Shown here: one piece after another, positions 26,301 to 39,555 of the stretch | Layout: every line of letters begins with the position of its first letter | How positions within the stretch are numbered: position 1 is the first letter of the stretch | Origin: Eledone cirrhosa | Lineage: Eukaryota | Direction: 5' to 3' | DNA: 64,000 nt | Assembly (NCBI GenBank): GCA_964016885.1 | Contig: CAXHJY010001551.1 | Coordinates: forward strand, 1-64,000 | Notes under the pieces: generated by a model | What the model saw: the letters and a program-made list of their open reading frames with translations, nothing else | What the model was told of the DNA's origin: nothing | Database searches by the model: none | Translations under genes and position numbers: made by a program

Positions 26301-29300
26301 CTAAGCTAAGCTAAGCTATCCTAAGCTAAGCTAAGCTAAGCTCTCCTAAGCTAAGCTAAGCTAAGCTATCCTAAGCTAAGCTAAGCTAAGCTATCCTAAG
26401 CTAAGCTAAGCTATCCTAAGCTAAGCTAAGCTATCCTAAGCTAAGCTAAGCTAAGCTATCCTAAGCTAAGCTAAGCTAAGCTATCCTAAGCTAAGCTAAG
26501 CTAAGCTATCCTAAGCTAAGCTAAGCTATCCTAAGCTAAGCTAAGCTAAGCTAAGCTAAGCTATCCTAAGCTAAGCTATCCTAAGCTAAGCTAAGCTAAG
26601 CTATCCTAAGCTAAGCTAAGCTAAGCTAAGCTACCTAAGCTAAGCTAAGCTATCCTAAGCTAATCTAAGCTAAGCTATCCTAAGCTAAGCTAAGCTAAGC
26701 TATCCTAAGCTAAGCTAAGCTAAGCTATCCTAAGCTATCCTAAGCTAAGCTAAGCTAAGCTATCCTAAGCTAAGCTAAGCTAAGCTATCCTAAGCTAAGC
26801 TAAGCTAAGCTATCCTAAGCTAAGCTAAGCTATCCTAAGCTAAGCTAAGCTAAGCTATCCTAAGCTAAGCTAAGCTAAGCTATCCTAAGCTAAGCTAAGC
26901 TAAGCTATCCTAACTAAGCTAAGCTATCCTAAGCTAAGCTAAGCTAAGCTATCCTAAGCTAAGCTATCCTAAGCTATCCTAAGCTAAGCTAAGCTAAGCT
27001 AAACTAAGCTAAGCTATCCTAAGCTAAGCTATCCTAAGCTAAGCTATCCTAAGCTAAGCTAAGCTAAGCTATCCTAAGCTAAGCTAAGCTAAGCTATCCT
27101 AAGCTAATCTAAGCTAAGCTATCCTAAGCTAAGCTAAGCTAAGCTATCCTAAGCTAAGCTAAGCTATCCTAAGCTAAGCTAAGCTATCCTAAGCTAAGCT
27201 AAGCTAAGCTATCCTAAGCTAAGCTAAGCCAAGCTATCCTAAGCTAAGCTAAGCTAAGCTAAGCTATCCTAAGCTATCCTAAGCTAAGCTATCCTAAGCT
27301 AAGCTATCCTAAGCTATCCTAAGCTAAGCTATCCTAAGCTAAGCTATCCTAAGCTATCCTAAGCTAAGCTATCCTAAGCTATCCTAAGCTAAGCTATCCT
27401 AAGCTATCCTAAGCTAAGCTATCCTAAGCTATCCTAAGCTAAGCTAAGCTAAGCTATCCTAAGCTAAGCTAAGCTAAGCTATCCTAAGCTAAGCTAAGCT
27501 AAGCTATCCTAAGCTAAGCTAAGCTAAGCTATCCTAAGCTATCCTAAGCTAAGCTATCCTAAGCTAATCTATCCTAAGCTATCCTAAGCTATCCTAAGCT
27601 ATCCTAAGCTAAGCTATCCTAAGCTAAGCTATCCTAAGCTATCCTAAGCTAAGCTATCCTAAGCTAAGCTAAGCTAAGCTATCCTAAGCTAAGCTAAGCT
27701 AAGCTAAGCTATCCTAAGCTAAGCTAAGCTATCCTAAGCTAAGCTAAGCTAAGCTATCCTAAGCTAAGCTAAGCTATCCCAAGATAAGCTAAGCTAAGCT
27801 ATCCTAAGCTAAGCTAAGCTATCCTAAGCTAAGCTAAGCTAAGCTATCCTAAGCTAAGCTAAGCTAAGCTATCCTAAGCTAAGCTAAGCTAAGCTATCCT
27901 AAGCTAAGTTAAGCTAAGCTATACTAAGCTAAGCTAAGCTAAGCTATCCTAAGCTAAGCTAAGCTAAGCTATCCTAAGCTATCCTAAGCTATCCTAAGCT
28001 AAGCTAAGCTAAGCTATCCTAAGCTAAGCTAAGCTATCCTAAGCTATCCTAAGCTATGCTATCCTAAGCTAAGCTATCTTAAGCTATCCTAAGCTAAGCT
28101 ATCCTAAGCTATCCTAAGCTAAGCTATCCTAAGCTAAGCTATCCTAAGCTAACCTAAGCTAAGCTATCCTAAGCTAAGCTATCCTAAGCTGTCCTAAGCT
28201 AAGCTATCCTAAGCTATCCTAAGCTAAGCTAAGCTAAGCTATCCTAAGCTAAGCTAAGCTAAGCTATCCTAAGCTAAGCTAAGCTAAGCTATCCTAAGCA
28301 AAGCTAAGCTAAGCTATCCTAAGCTATCCTAAGCTAAGCTATCCTAAGCTAAGCTATCCTAAGCTATCCTAAGCTAAGCTATCCTAAGCTAAGCTATCCT
28401 AAGCTAAGCTATCCTAAGCTATCCTAAGCTAAGCTATCCTAAGCTATCCTAAGCTAAGCTAATCTAAGCTATCCTAAGCTAAGCTAAGCTAAGCTATCCT
28501 AAGCTAAGCTAAGCTAAGCTATCCTAAGCCATCCTAAGCTAAGCTATCCTAAGCTAAGCTATCCTAAGCTATCCTAAGCTAAGCTATCCTAAGCTAAGCT
28601 ATCCTAAGCTATCCTAAGCTAAGCTATCCTAAGCTAAGCTATCCTAAGCTATCCTAAGCTAAGCTATCCTAAGCTATCCTAAGCTAAGCTAAGCTAAGCT
28701 ATCCTAAGCTAAGCTAAGCTAAGCTAAGCTATCCTAAGCTAAGCTAAGCTAAGCTATCCTAAGCTAAGCTAAGCTAAGCTATCCTAAGCTATCCTAAGCT
28801 AAGCTATCCTAAGCTAAGCTATCCTAAGCTATCCTAAGCTATCCTAAGCTATCCTAAGCTAAGCTATCCTAAGCTAAGCTATCCTAAGCTATCCTAAGCT
28901 AAGCTATCCTAAGCTAAGCTAAGCTAAGCTATCCTAAGCTAAGCTAAGCTAAGCTAAGCTATCCTAAGCTAAGCTAAGCTATCCTAAGCTAAGCTAAGCT
29001 AAGCTATCCTAAGCTAAGCTAAGCTATCCCAAGATAAGCTAAGCTAAGCTATCCTAAGCTAAGCTAAGCTAAGCTATCCTAAGCTAAGCTAAGCTAAGCT
29101 ATCCTAAGCTAAGCTAAGCTAAGCTATCCTAAGCTAAGCTAAGCTAAGCTATCCTAAGCTAAGTTAAGCTAAGCTATACTAAGCTAAGCTAAGCTAAGCT
29201 ATCCTAAGCTAAGCTAAGCTAAGCTATCCTAAGCTATCCTAAGCTATCCTAAGCTAAGCTAAGCTATCCTAAGCTAAGCTAAGCTATCCTAAGCTATCCT

Positions 29301-30980
29301 AAGCTATGCTATCCTAAGCTAAGCTATCTTAAGCTATCCTAAGCTAAGCTATCCTAAGCTATCCTAAGCTAAGCTATCCTAAGCTAAGCTATCCTAAGCT
29401 AACCTAAGCTAAGCTATCCTAAGCTAAGCTATCCTAAGCTGTCCTAAGCTAAGCTATCCTAAGCTATCCTAAGCTAAGCTAAGCTAAGCTATCCTAAGCT
29501 AAGCTAAGCTAAGCTATCCTAAGCTAAGCTAAGCTAAGCTATCCTAAGCAAAGCTAAGCTAAGCTATCCTAAGCTATCCTAAGCTAAGCTATCCTAAGCT
29601 AAGCTATCCTAAGCTAAGCTATCCTAAGCTATCCTAAGCTAAGCTATCCTAAGCTAAGCTATCCTAAGCTAAGCTATCCTAAGCTATCCTAAGCTAAGCT
29701 ATCCTAAGCTATCCTAAGCTAAGCTAATCTAAGCTATCCTAAGCTAAGCTAAGCTAAGCTATCCTAAGCTAAGCTAAGCTAAGCTATCCTAAGCCATCCT
29801 AAGCTAAGCTATCCTAAGCTAAGTTATCCTAAGCTATCCTAAGCTAAGCTATCCTAAGCTAAGCGATCCTAAGCTATCCTAAGCTAAGCTATCCTAAGCT
29901 ATCCTAAGCTAAGCTATCCTAAGCTATCCAAAGCTAAGCTATCCTAAGCTATCCTAAGCTAAGCTAAGCTATCCTAAGCTAAGCTAAGCTAAGCTATCCT
30001 AAGCTAAGCTAAGCTAAGCTATCCTAAGCTAAGCTAAGCTAAGCTATCCTAAGCTAAGCTAAGCTAAGCTATCCTAAGCTATCCTAAGCTAAGCTATCCT
30101 AAGCTAAGATATCCTAAGCTATCCTAAGCTAAGCTATCCTAATCTATCCTAAGCTAAGCTATCCTAAGCTATCCTAAGCTAAGCTATCCTAAGCTATCCA
30201 AAGCTAAGCTATCCTAAGCTATCCTAAGCTAAGCTAAGCTAAGCTATCCTAAGCTAAGCTGAGCTAAGCTATCCTAAGCTAAGCTAAGCTAAGCTATCCT
30301 AAGCTAAGCTAAGCTAAGCTATCCTAAGCTATCCTAAGCTAAGCTATCCTAAGCTATCCTAAGCTAAGCTATCCTAAGCTATCCTAAGCTAAGCTAAACT
30401 AAGCTATCCTAAGCTAAGCTAAGCTAAGCTATCCAAAGCTATCCTAAGCTAAGCTATCCTAAGCTAAGCTATCCTAAGCTATCCTAAGCTAAGCTATCAT
30501 AAGCTATCCTAAGCTAAGCTATCCTAAGCTAAGCTATCCTAGGCTAAGCTATCCTAAGTTATCCTAAGCTAAGCTATCCTAAGCTATCCTAAGCTAAGCT
30601 ATCCTAAGCTATCCTAAGCTAAGCTAAGCTATCCTAAGCTAAGCTAAGCTAAGCTATCCTAAGCTAAGCTAAGCTAAGCTATCCTAAGCTAAGCTAAGCT
30701 AAGCTATCCTAAGCTATCCTAAGCTAAGCTATCCTAAGCTAAGCTATCCTAAGCTAAGCTATCCTAAGCTAAGCTATCCTAAGCTAAGCTATCCTAAGCT
30801 ATCCTAAGCTAAGCTATCCTAAGCTATCCTAAGCTAAGCTAAGCTATCCTAAGCTAAACTAAGCTAAGCTATCCTAAGCTAAGCTAAGCTATCCTAAGCT
30901 AAGCTAAGCTAAGCTTTCCTAAGCTAAGCTAAGCTAAGCTATCCTAAGCTAAGCTAAGCTAAGCTATCCTAAGCTAAGCT
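22400..30980 (+). repeat. 8578-bp tandem segmental duplication, copy 1
   Basis: Markers CTGTG 22741, GGAAG 23726 and 25256, deletions at 26631 and 26910, CTAGG 30539 and CTTTC 30914 all recur exactly 8578 bp downstream. Confidence 0.9.
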
Positions 30981-33900
30981 AAGCTAAGCTATCCTAAGCT
31001 ATCCTAAGCTAAGCTAAGCTAAGCTATCCTAAGCTAAGCTATCCTAAGCTATCCTAAGCTAAGCTATCCTAAGCTAAGCTATCCTAAGCTATCCTAAGCT
31101 AAGCTATCCTAAGCTATCCTAAGCTAAGCTAAGCTATCCTAAGCTAAGCTAAGCTAAGCTATCCTAAGCTAAGCTAAGCTAAGCTTTCCTAAGCTATCCT
31201 AAGCTAAGCTATCCTAAGCTAAGCTATCCTAAGCTATCCTAAGCTAAGCTAAGCTAAGCTATCCTAAGCTAAGCTATCCTAAGCTAAGCTAAGCTAAGCT
31301 ATCCTAAGCTAAGCTATCCTGTGCTAAGCTAAGCTAAGCTATCCTAAGCTAAGCTAAGCTAAGCTATCCTAAGCTAAGCTATCCTAAGCTAAGCTAAGCT
31401 AAGCTATCCTAAGCTAAGCTAAGCTATCCTAAGCTAAGCTAAGCTATCCTAAGCTAAGCTAAGCTAAGCTTTCCTAAACTAAGCTAAGCTATCCTAAGCT
31501 AAGCTAAGCGAAGCTATCCTAAGCTAATCTAAGCTAAGCTATCCTAAGCTAAGCTAAGCTAAGCTATCCTAAGCCAAGCTAAGCTAAGCTATCCTAAGCC
31601 AAGCTAAGCTAAGCTATCCTAAGCCAAGCTAAGCGAAGCTATCCTAAGCTAAGCTAAGCTAAGCTTTCCTAAGCTTAGCTAAGCTAAGCTATCCTAAGCT
31701 AAGCTAAGCTAAGCTATCCTAAGCTAAGCTAAGCTAAGCTATCCTAGGCTAAGCTAAGCTAAGCTATCCTAAGCTAAGCTATCCTAAGCTAAGCTAAGCT
31801 AAGCTATCCTAAGCTAAGCTAAGCTAAGCTATCCTATGCTAAGCTAAGCTAAGCTATCCTAAGCTAAGCTAAGCTAAGCTATCCTAAGCTAAGCTAAGCT
31901 AAGCTATCCTAAGCTAAGCTAAGCTATCCTAAGCTAAGCTATCCTAAGCTAAGCTAAGCTAAGCTATCCTAAGCTAAGCTAAGCTAAGCTTTCCTAAGCT
32001 ATCCTAAGCTAAGCTATCCTAAGCTAAGCTAAGCTAAGCTATCCTAAGCTAAGCTAAGCTATCCTAAGCTAAGCTAAGCTAAGCTATCCTAAGCTAAGCT
32101 ATCCTAAGCTATCCTAAGCTAAGCTATCCTAAGCTATCCTAAGCTAAGCTATCCTAAGCTAAGCTATCCTAAGCTAAGCTATTCTAAGCTAAGCTAAGCT
32201 AAGCTATCCTAAGCTAAGCTTAGCTAAGCTATCCTAAGCTAAGCTAAGCTAAGCTATCCTAAGCTAAGCTAAGCTAAGCTATCCTAAGCTTAGCTAAGCT
32301 ATCGGAAGCTATGCTAAGCTAATCTATCCTAAGCTAAGCTAAGCTAAGCTATCCTAAGCTATCCTAAGCTAAGCTATCCTAAGCTAATCTATCCTAAGCT
32401 ATCCCAAGCTAAGCTATCCTAAGCTAAGCTAAGCTAAGCTATCCTAAGCTAAGCTAAGCTAAGCTATCCTAAGCTAAGCTATCCTAAGCTAAGCTATCCT
32501 AAGCTATCCTAAGCTAAGCTATCCTAATCTATCCTAAGCTAAGCTATCCTAAGCTATCCTAAGCTAAGCTATCCTAAGCTATCCTAAGCTAAGCTAAGCT
32601 AAGCTATCCTAAGCTATCCTAAGCTAAGCTATCCTAAGCTAAGCTATCCTAAGCTAAGCTATCCTAAGCTAAGCTATCCTAAGCTAAGCTATCCTAAGCT
32701 ATCCTAAGCTAAGCTATCCTAAGCTATCCTAAGCTAAGCTATCCTAAACTATCCTAAGCTAAGCTAAGCTAAGCTATCCTAAGCTAAGCTAAGCTAAGCT
32801 ATCCTAAGCTAAGCTAAGCTAAGCTATCCTAAGCTAAGCTAAGCTAAGCTATCCTAAGCTAAGCTAAGCTAAGCTATCCTAAGCTCTCCTAAGCTAAGCT
32901 ATCCTAAGCTAAGCTATCCTAAGCTAAGCTATCCTAAGCTATCCTAAGCTAAGCTTTCCAAAGCTAAGCTCTCCTAAGGTAAGCTATCCTAAGCTATCCT
33001 AAGCTAAGCTATCCTAAGCTATCCTAAGCTCAGCTAAGCTAAGCTATCCTAAGCTAAGCTAAGCTAAGCTATCCTAAGCTAAGCTAAGCTAAGCTATCCT
33101 AAGCTAAGCTAAGCTAAGCTATCCTAAGCTAAGCTAAGCTAAGCTATCCTAAGCTAAGCTAAGCTAAGCTCTCCTAAGCTAAGCTAAGCTAAGCTATCCT
33201 AAGCTAAGCTAAGCTAAGCTATCCTAAGCTAAGCTAAGCTATCCTAAGCTAAGCTAAGCTATCCTAAGCTAAGCTAAGCTAAGCTATCCTAAGCTAAGCT
33301 AAGCTAAGCTATCCTAAGCTAAGCTAAGCTAAGCTATCCTAAGCTAAGCTAAGCTATCCTAAGCTATCCTAAGCTAAGCTATCCTAAGCTAAGCTAAGCT
33401 AAGCTAAGCTAAGCTATCCTAAGCTAAGCTATCCTAAGCTAAGCTAAGCTAAGCTATCCTAAGCTAAGCTAAGCTATCCTAAGCTAAGCTAAGCTAAGCT
33501 AAGCTAAGCTATCCTAAGCTAAGCTAAGCTAAGCTATCCTAAGCTAAGCTAAGCTAAGCTTTCCTAAGCTATCCTAAGCTAAGCTATCCTAAGCTAAGCT
33601 AAGCTAAGCTATCCTAAGCTAAGCTAAGCTATCCTAAGCTAAGCTAAGCTAAGCTATCCTAAGCTAAGCTATCCTAAGCTATCCTAAGCTAAGCTATCCT
33701 AAGCTATCCTAAGCTAAGCTATCCTAAGCTAAGCTATCCTAAGCTAAGCTTAGCTAAGCTATCCTAAGCTAAGCTAAGCTAAGCTATCCTAAGCTAAGCT
33801 AAGCTAAGCTATCCTAAGCTTAGCTAAGCTATCGGAAGCTATGCTAAGCTAATCTATCCTAAGCTAAGCTAAGCTAAGCTATCCTAAGCTAAGCTATCCT

Positions 33901-36900
33901 AAGCTAATCTATCCTAAGCTATCCCAAGCTAAGCTATCCTAAGCTAAGCTAAGCTAAGCTATCCTAAGCTAAGCTAAGCTAAGCTATCCTAAGCTAAGCT
34001 ATCCTAAGCTAAGCTATCCTAAGCTATCCTAAGCTAAGCTATCCTAATCTATCCTAAGCTAAGCTATCCTAAGCTATCCTAAGCTAAGCTATCCTAAGCT
34101 ATCCTAAGCTAAGCTAAGCTAAGCTATCCTAAGCTATCCTAAGCTAAGCTATCCTAAGCTAAGCTATCCTAAGCTATCCTAAGCTAAGCTATCCTAAGCT
34201 ATCCTAAGCTAAGCTATCCTAAGCTATCCTAAGCTAAGCTAAGCTAAGCTATCCTAAGCTAAGCTAAGCTAAGCTATCCTAAGCTAAGCTAAGCTATCCT
34301 AAGCTAAGCTAAGCTAAGCTATCCTAAGCTATCCTAAGCTAAGCTATCCTATGCTAAGCTATCCTAAGCTATCCTAAGCTAAGCTATCCTAAGCTATCCT
34401 AAGCTAAGCTATCCTAAGCTAAGCTATCCTAAGCTAAGCTATCCTAAGCTATCCTAAGCTAAGCTATCCTAAGCTATCCTAAGCTAAGCTATCCTAAACT
34501 ATCCTAAGCTAAGCTAAGCTAAGCTATCCTAAGCTAAGCTAAGCTAAGCTATCCTAAGCTAAGCTAAGCTAAGCTATCCTAAGCTAAGCTAAGCTAAGCT
34601 ATCCTAAGCTAAGCTAAGCTAAGCTATCCTAAGCTCTCCTAAGCTAAGCTATCCTAAGCTAAGCTATCCTAAGCTAAGCTATCCTAAGCTATCCTAAGCT
34701 AAGCTTTCCTAAGCTAAGCTCTCCTAAGGTAAGCTATCCTAAGCTATCCTAAGCTAAGCTATCCTAAGCTATCCTAAGCTCAGCTAAGCTAAGCTATCCT
34801 AAGCTAAGCTAAGCTAAGCTATCCTAAGCTAAGCTAAGCTAAGCTATCCTAAGCTAAGCTAAGCTAAGCTATCCTAAGCTAAGCTAAGCTAAGCTATCCT
34901 AAGCTAAGCTAAGCTAAGCTCTCCTAAGCTAAGCTAAGCTAAGCTATCCTAAGCTAAGCTAAGCTAAGCTATCCTAAGCTAAGCTAAGCTATCCTAAGCT
35001 AAGCTAAGCTATCCTAAGCTAAGCTAAGCTAAGCTATCCTAAGCTAAGCTAAGCTAAGCTATCCTAAGCTAAGCTAAGCTAAGCTATCCTAAGCTAAGCT
35101 AAGCTATCCTAAGCTAAGCTAAGCTAAGCTAAGCTAAGCTATCCTAAGCTAAGCTATCCTAAGCTAAGCTAAGCTAAGCTATCCTAAGCTAAGCTAAGCT
35201 AAGCTAAGCTACCTAAGCTAAGCTAAGCTATCCTAAGCTAATCTAAGCTAAGCTATCCTAAGCTAAGCTAAGCTAAGCTATCCTAAGCTAAGCTAAGCTA
35301 AGCTATCCTAAGCTATCCTAAGCTAAGCTAAGCTAAGCTATCCTAAGCTAAGCTAAGCTAAGCTATCCTAAGCTAAGCTAAGCTAAGCTATCCTAAGCTA
35401 AGCTAAGCTATCCTAAGCTAAGCTAAGCTAAGCTATCCTAAGCTAAGCTAAGCTAAGCTATCCTAAGCTAAGCTAAGCTAAGCTATCCTAACTAAGCTAA
35501 GCTATCCTAAGCTAAGCTAAGCTAAGCTATCCTAAGCTAAGCTATCCTAAGCTATCCTAAGCTAAGCTAAGCTAAGCTAAACTAAGCTAAGCTATCCTAA
35601 GCTAAGCTATCCTAAGCTAAGCTATCCTAAGCTAAGCTAAGCTAAGCTATCCTAAGCTAAGCTAAGCTAAGCTATCCTAAGCTAATCTAAGCTAAGCTAT
35701 CCTAAGCTAAGCTAAGCTAAGCTATCCTAAGCTAAGCTAAGCTATCCTAAGCTAAGCTAAGCTATCCTAAGCTAAGCTAAGCTAAGCTATCCTAAGCTAA
35801 GCTAAGCCAAGCTATCCTAAGCTAAGCTAAGCTAAGCTAAGCTATCCTAAGCTATCCTAAGCTAAGCTATCCTAAGCTAAGCTATCCTAAGCTATCCTAA
35901 GCTAAGCTATCCTAAGCTAAGCTATCCTAAGCTATCCTAAGCTAAGCTATCCTAAGCTATCCTAAGCTAAGCTATCCTAAGCTATCCTAAGCTAAGCTAT
36001 CCTAAGCTATCCTAAGCTAAGCTAAGCTAAGCTATCCTAAGCTAAGCTAAGCTAAGCTATCCTAAGCTAAGCTAAGCTAAGCTATCCTAAGCTAAGCTAA
36101 GCTAAGCTATCCTAAGCTATCCTAAGCTAAGCTATCCTAAGCTAATCTATCCTAAGCTATCCTAAGCTATCCTAAGCTATCCTAAGCTAAGCTATCCTAA
36201 GCTAAGCTATCCTAAGCTATCCTAAGCTAAGCTATCCTAAGCTAAGCTAAGCTAAGCTATCCTAAGCTAAGCTAAGCTAAGCTAAGCTATCCTAAGCTAA
36301 GCTAAGCTATCCTAAGCTAAGCTAAGCTAAGCTATCCTAAGCTAAGCTAAGCTATCCCAAGATAAGCTAAGCTAAGCTATCCTAAGCTAAGCTAAGCTAT
36401 CCTAAGCTAAGCTAAGCTAAGCTATCCTAAGCTAAGCTAAGCTAAGCTATCCTAAGCTAAGCTAAGCTAAGCTATCCTAAGCTAAGTTAAGCTAAGCTAT
36501 ACTAAGCTAAGCTAAGCTAAGCTATCCTAAGCTAAGCTAAGCTAAGCTATCCTAAGCTATCCTAAGCTATCCTAAGCTAAGCTAAGCTAAGCTATCCTAA
36601 GCTAAGCTAAGCTATCCTAAGCTATCCTAAGCTATGCTATCCTAAGCTAAGCTATCTTAAGCTATCCTAAGCTAAGCTATCCTAAGCTATCCTAAGCTAA
36701 GCTATCCTAAGCTAAGCTATCCTAAGCTAACCTAAGCTAAGCTATCCTAAGCTAAGCTATCCTAAGCTGTCCTAAGCTAAGCTATCCTAAGCTATCCTAA
36801 GCTAAGCTAAGCTAAGCTATCCTAAGCTAAGCTAAGCTAAGCTATCCTAAGCTAAGCTAAGCTAAGCTATCCTAAGCAAAGCTAAGCTAAGCTATCCTAA

Positions 36901-39555
36901 GCTATCCTAAGCTAAGCTATCCTAAGCTAAGCTATCCTAAGCTATCCTAAGCTAAGCTATCCTAAGCTAAGCTATCCTAAGCTAAGCTATCCTAAGCTAT
37001 CCTAAGCTAAGCTATCCTAAGCTATCCTAAGCTAAGCTAATCTAAGCTATCCTAAGCTAAGCTAAGCTAAGCTATCCTAAGCTAAGCTAAGCTAAGCTAT
37101 CCTAAGCCATCCTAAGCTAAGCTATCCTAAGCTAAGCTATCCTAAGCTATCCTAAGCTAAGCTATCCTAAGCTAAGCTATCCTAAGCTATCCTAAGCTAA
37201 GCTATCCTAAGCTAAGCTATCCTAAGCTATCCTAAGCTAAGCTATCCTAAGCTATCCTAAGCTAAGCTAAGCTAAGCTATCCTAAGCTAAGCTAAGCTAA
37301 GCTAAGCTATCCTAAGCTAAGCTAAGCTAAGCTATCCTAAGCTAAGCTAAGCTAAGCTATCCTAAGCTATCCTAAGCTAAGCTATCCTAAGCTAAGCTAT
37401 CCTAAGCTATCCTAAGCTATCCTAAGCTATCCTAAGCTAAGCTATCCTAAGCTAAGCTATCCTAAGCTATCCTAAGCTAAGCTATCCTAAGCTAAGCTAA
37501 GCTAAGCTATCCTAAGCTAAGCTAAGCTAAGCTAAGCTATCCTAAGCTAAGCTAAGCTATCCTAAGCTAAGCTAAGCTAAGCTATCCTAAGCTAAGCTAA
37601 GCTATCCCAAGATAAGCTAAGCTAAGCTATCCTAAGCTAAGCTAAGCTAAGCTATCCTAAGCTAAGCTAAGCTAAGCTATCCTAAGCTAAGCTAAGCTAA
37701 GCTATCCTAAGCTAAGCTAAGCTAAGCTATCCTAAGCTAAGTTAAGCTAAGCTATACTAAGCTAAGCTAAGCTAAGCTATCCTAAGCTAAGCTAAGCTAA
37801 GCTATCCTAAGCTATCCTAAGCTATCCTAAGCTAAGCTAAGCTATCCTAAGCTAAGCTAAGCTATCCTAAGCTATCCTAAGCTATGCTATCCTAAGCTAA
37901 GCTATCTTAAGCTATCCTAAGCTAAGCTATCCTAAGCTATCCTAAGCTAAGCTATCCTAAGCTAAGCTATCCTAAGCTAACCTAAGCTAAGCTATCCTAA
38001 GCTAAGCTATCCTAAGCTGTCCTAAGCTAAGCTATCCTAAGCTATCCTAAGCTAAGCTAAGCTAAGCTATCCTAAGCTAAGCTAAGCTAAGCTATCCTAA
38101 GCTAAGCTAAGCTAAGCTATCCTAAGCAAAGCTAAGCTAAGCTATCCTAAGCTATCCTAAGCTAAGCTATCCTAAGCTAAGCTATCCTAAGCTAAGCTAT
38201 CCTAAGCTATCCTAAGCTAAGCTATCCTAAGCTAAGCTATCCTAAGCTAAGCTATCCTAAGCTATCCTAAGCTAAGCTATCCTAAGCTATCCTAAGCTAA
38301 GCTAATCTAAGCTATCCTAAGCTAAGCTAAGCTAAGCTATCCTAAGCTAAGCTAAGCTAAGCTATCCTAAGCCATCCTAAGCTAAGCTATCCTAAGCTAA
38401 GTTATCCTAAGCTATCCTAAGCTAAGCTATCCTAAGCTAAGCGATCCTAAGCTATCCTAAGCTAAGCTATCCTAAGCTATCCTAAGCTAAGCTATCCTAA
38501 GCTATCCAAAGCTAAGCTATCCTAAGCTATCCTAAGCTAAGCTAAGCTATCCTAAGCTAAGCTAAGCTAAGCTATCCTAAGCTAAGCTAAGCTAAGCTAT
38601 CCTAAGCTAAGCTAAGCTAAGCTATCCTAAGCTAAGCTAAGCTAAGCTATCCTAAGCTATCCTAAGCTAAGCTATCCTAAGCTAAGATATCCTAAGCTAT
38701 CCTAAGCTAAGCTATCCTAATCTATCCTAAGCTAAGCTATCCTAAGCTATCCTAAGCTAAGCTATCCTAAGCTATCCAAAGCTAAGCTATCCTAAGCTAT
38801 CCTAAGCTAAGCTAAGCTAAGCTATCCTAAGCTAAGCTGAGCTAAGCTATCCTAAGCTAAGCTAAGCTAAGCTATCCTAAGCTAAGCTAAGCTAAGCTAT
38901 CCTAAGCTATCCTAAGCTAAGCTATCCTAAGCTATCCTAAGCTAAGCTATCCTAAGCTATCCTAAGCTAAGCTAAACTAAGCTATCCTAAGCTAAGCTAA
39001 GCTAAGCTATCCAAAGCTATCCTAAGCTAAGCTATCCTAAGCTAAGCTATCCTAAGCTATCCTAAGCTAAGCTATCATAAGCTATCCTAAGCTAAGCTAT
39101 CCTAAGCTAAGCTATCCTAGGCTAAGCTATCCTAAGTTATCCTAAGCTAAGCTATCCTAAGCTATCCTAAGCTAAGCTATCCTAAGCTATCCTAAGCTAA
39201 GCTAAGCTATCCTAAGCTAAGCTAAGCTAAGCTATCCTAAGCTAAGCTAAGCTAAGCTATCCTAAGCTAAGCTAAGCTAAGCTATCCTAAGCTATCCTAA
39301 GCTAAGCTATCCTAAGCTAAGCTATCCTAAGCTAAGCTATCCTAAGCTAAGCTATCCTAAGCTAAGCTATCCTAAGCTATCCTAAGCTAAGCTATCCTAA
39401 GCTATCCTAAGCTAAGCTAAGCTATCCTAAGCTAAACTAAGCTAAGCTATCCTAAGCTAAGCTAAGCTATCCTAAGCTAAGCTAAGCTAAGCTTTCCTAA
39501 GCTAAGCTAAGCTAAGCTATCCTAAGCTAAGCTAAGCTAAGCTATCCTAAGCTAT
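30980..39555 (+). repeat. 8578-bp tandem segmental duplication, copy 2
   Basis: CTGTG 31319, GGAAG 32304 and 33834, deletions at 35209 and 35488, CTAGG 39117, CTTTC 39492. The A/B order departs from copy 1 just after about 39555. Confidence 0.9.
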
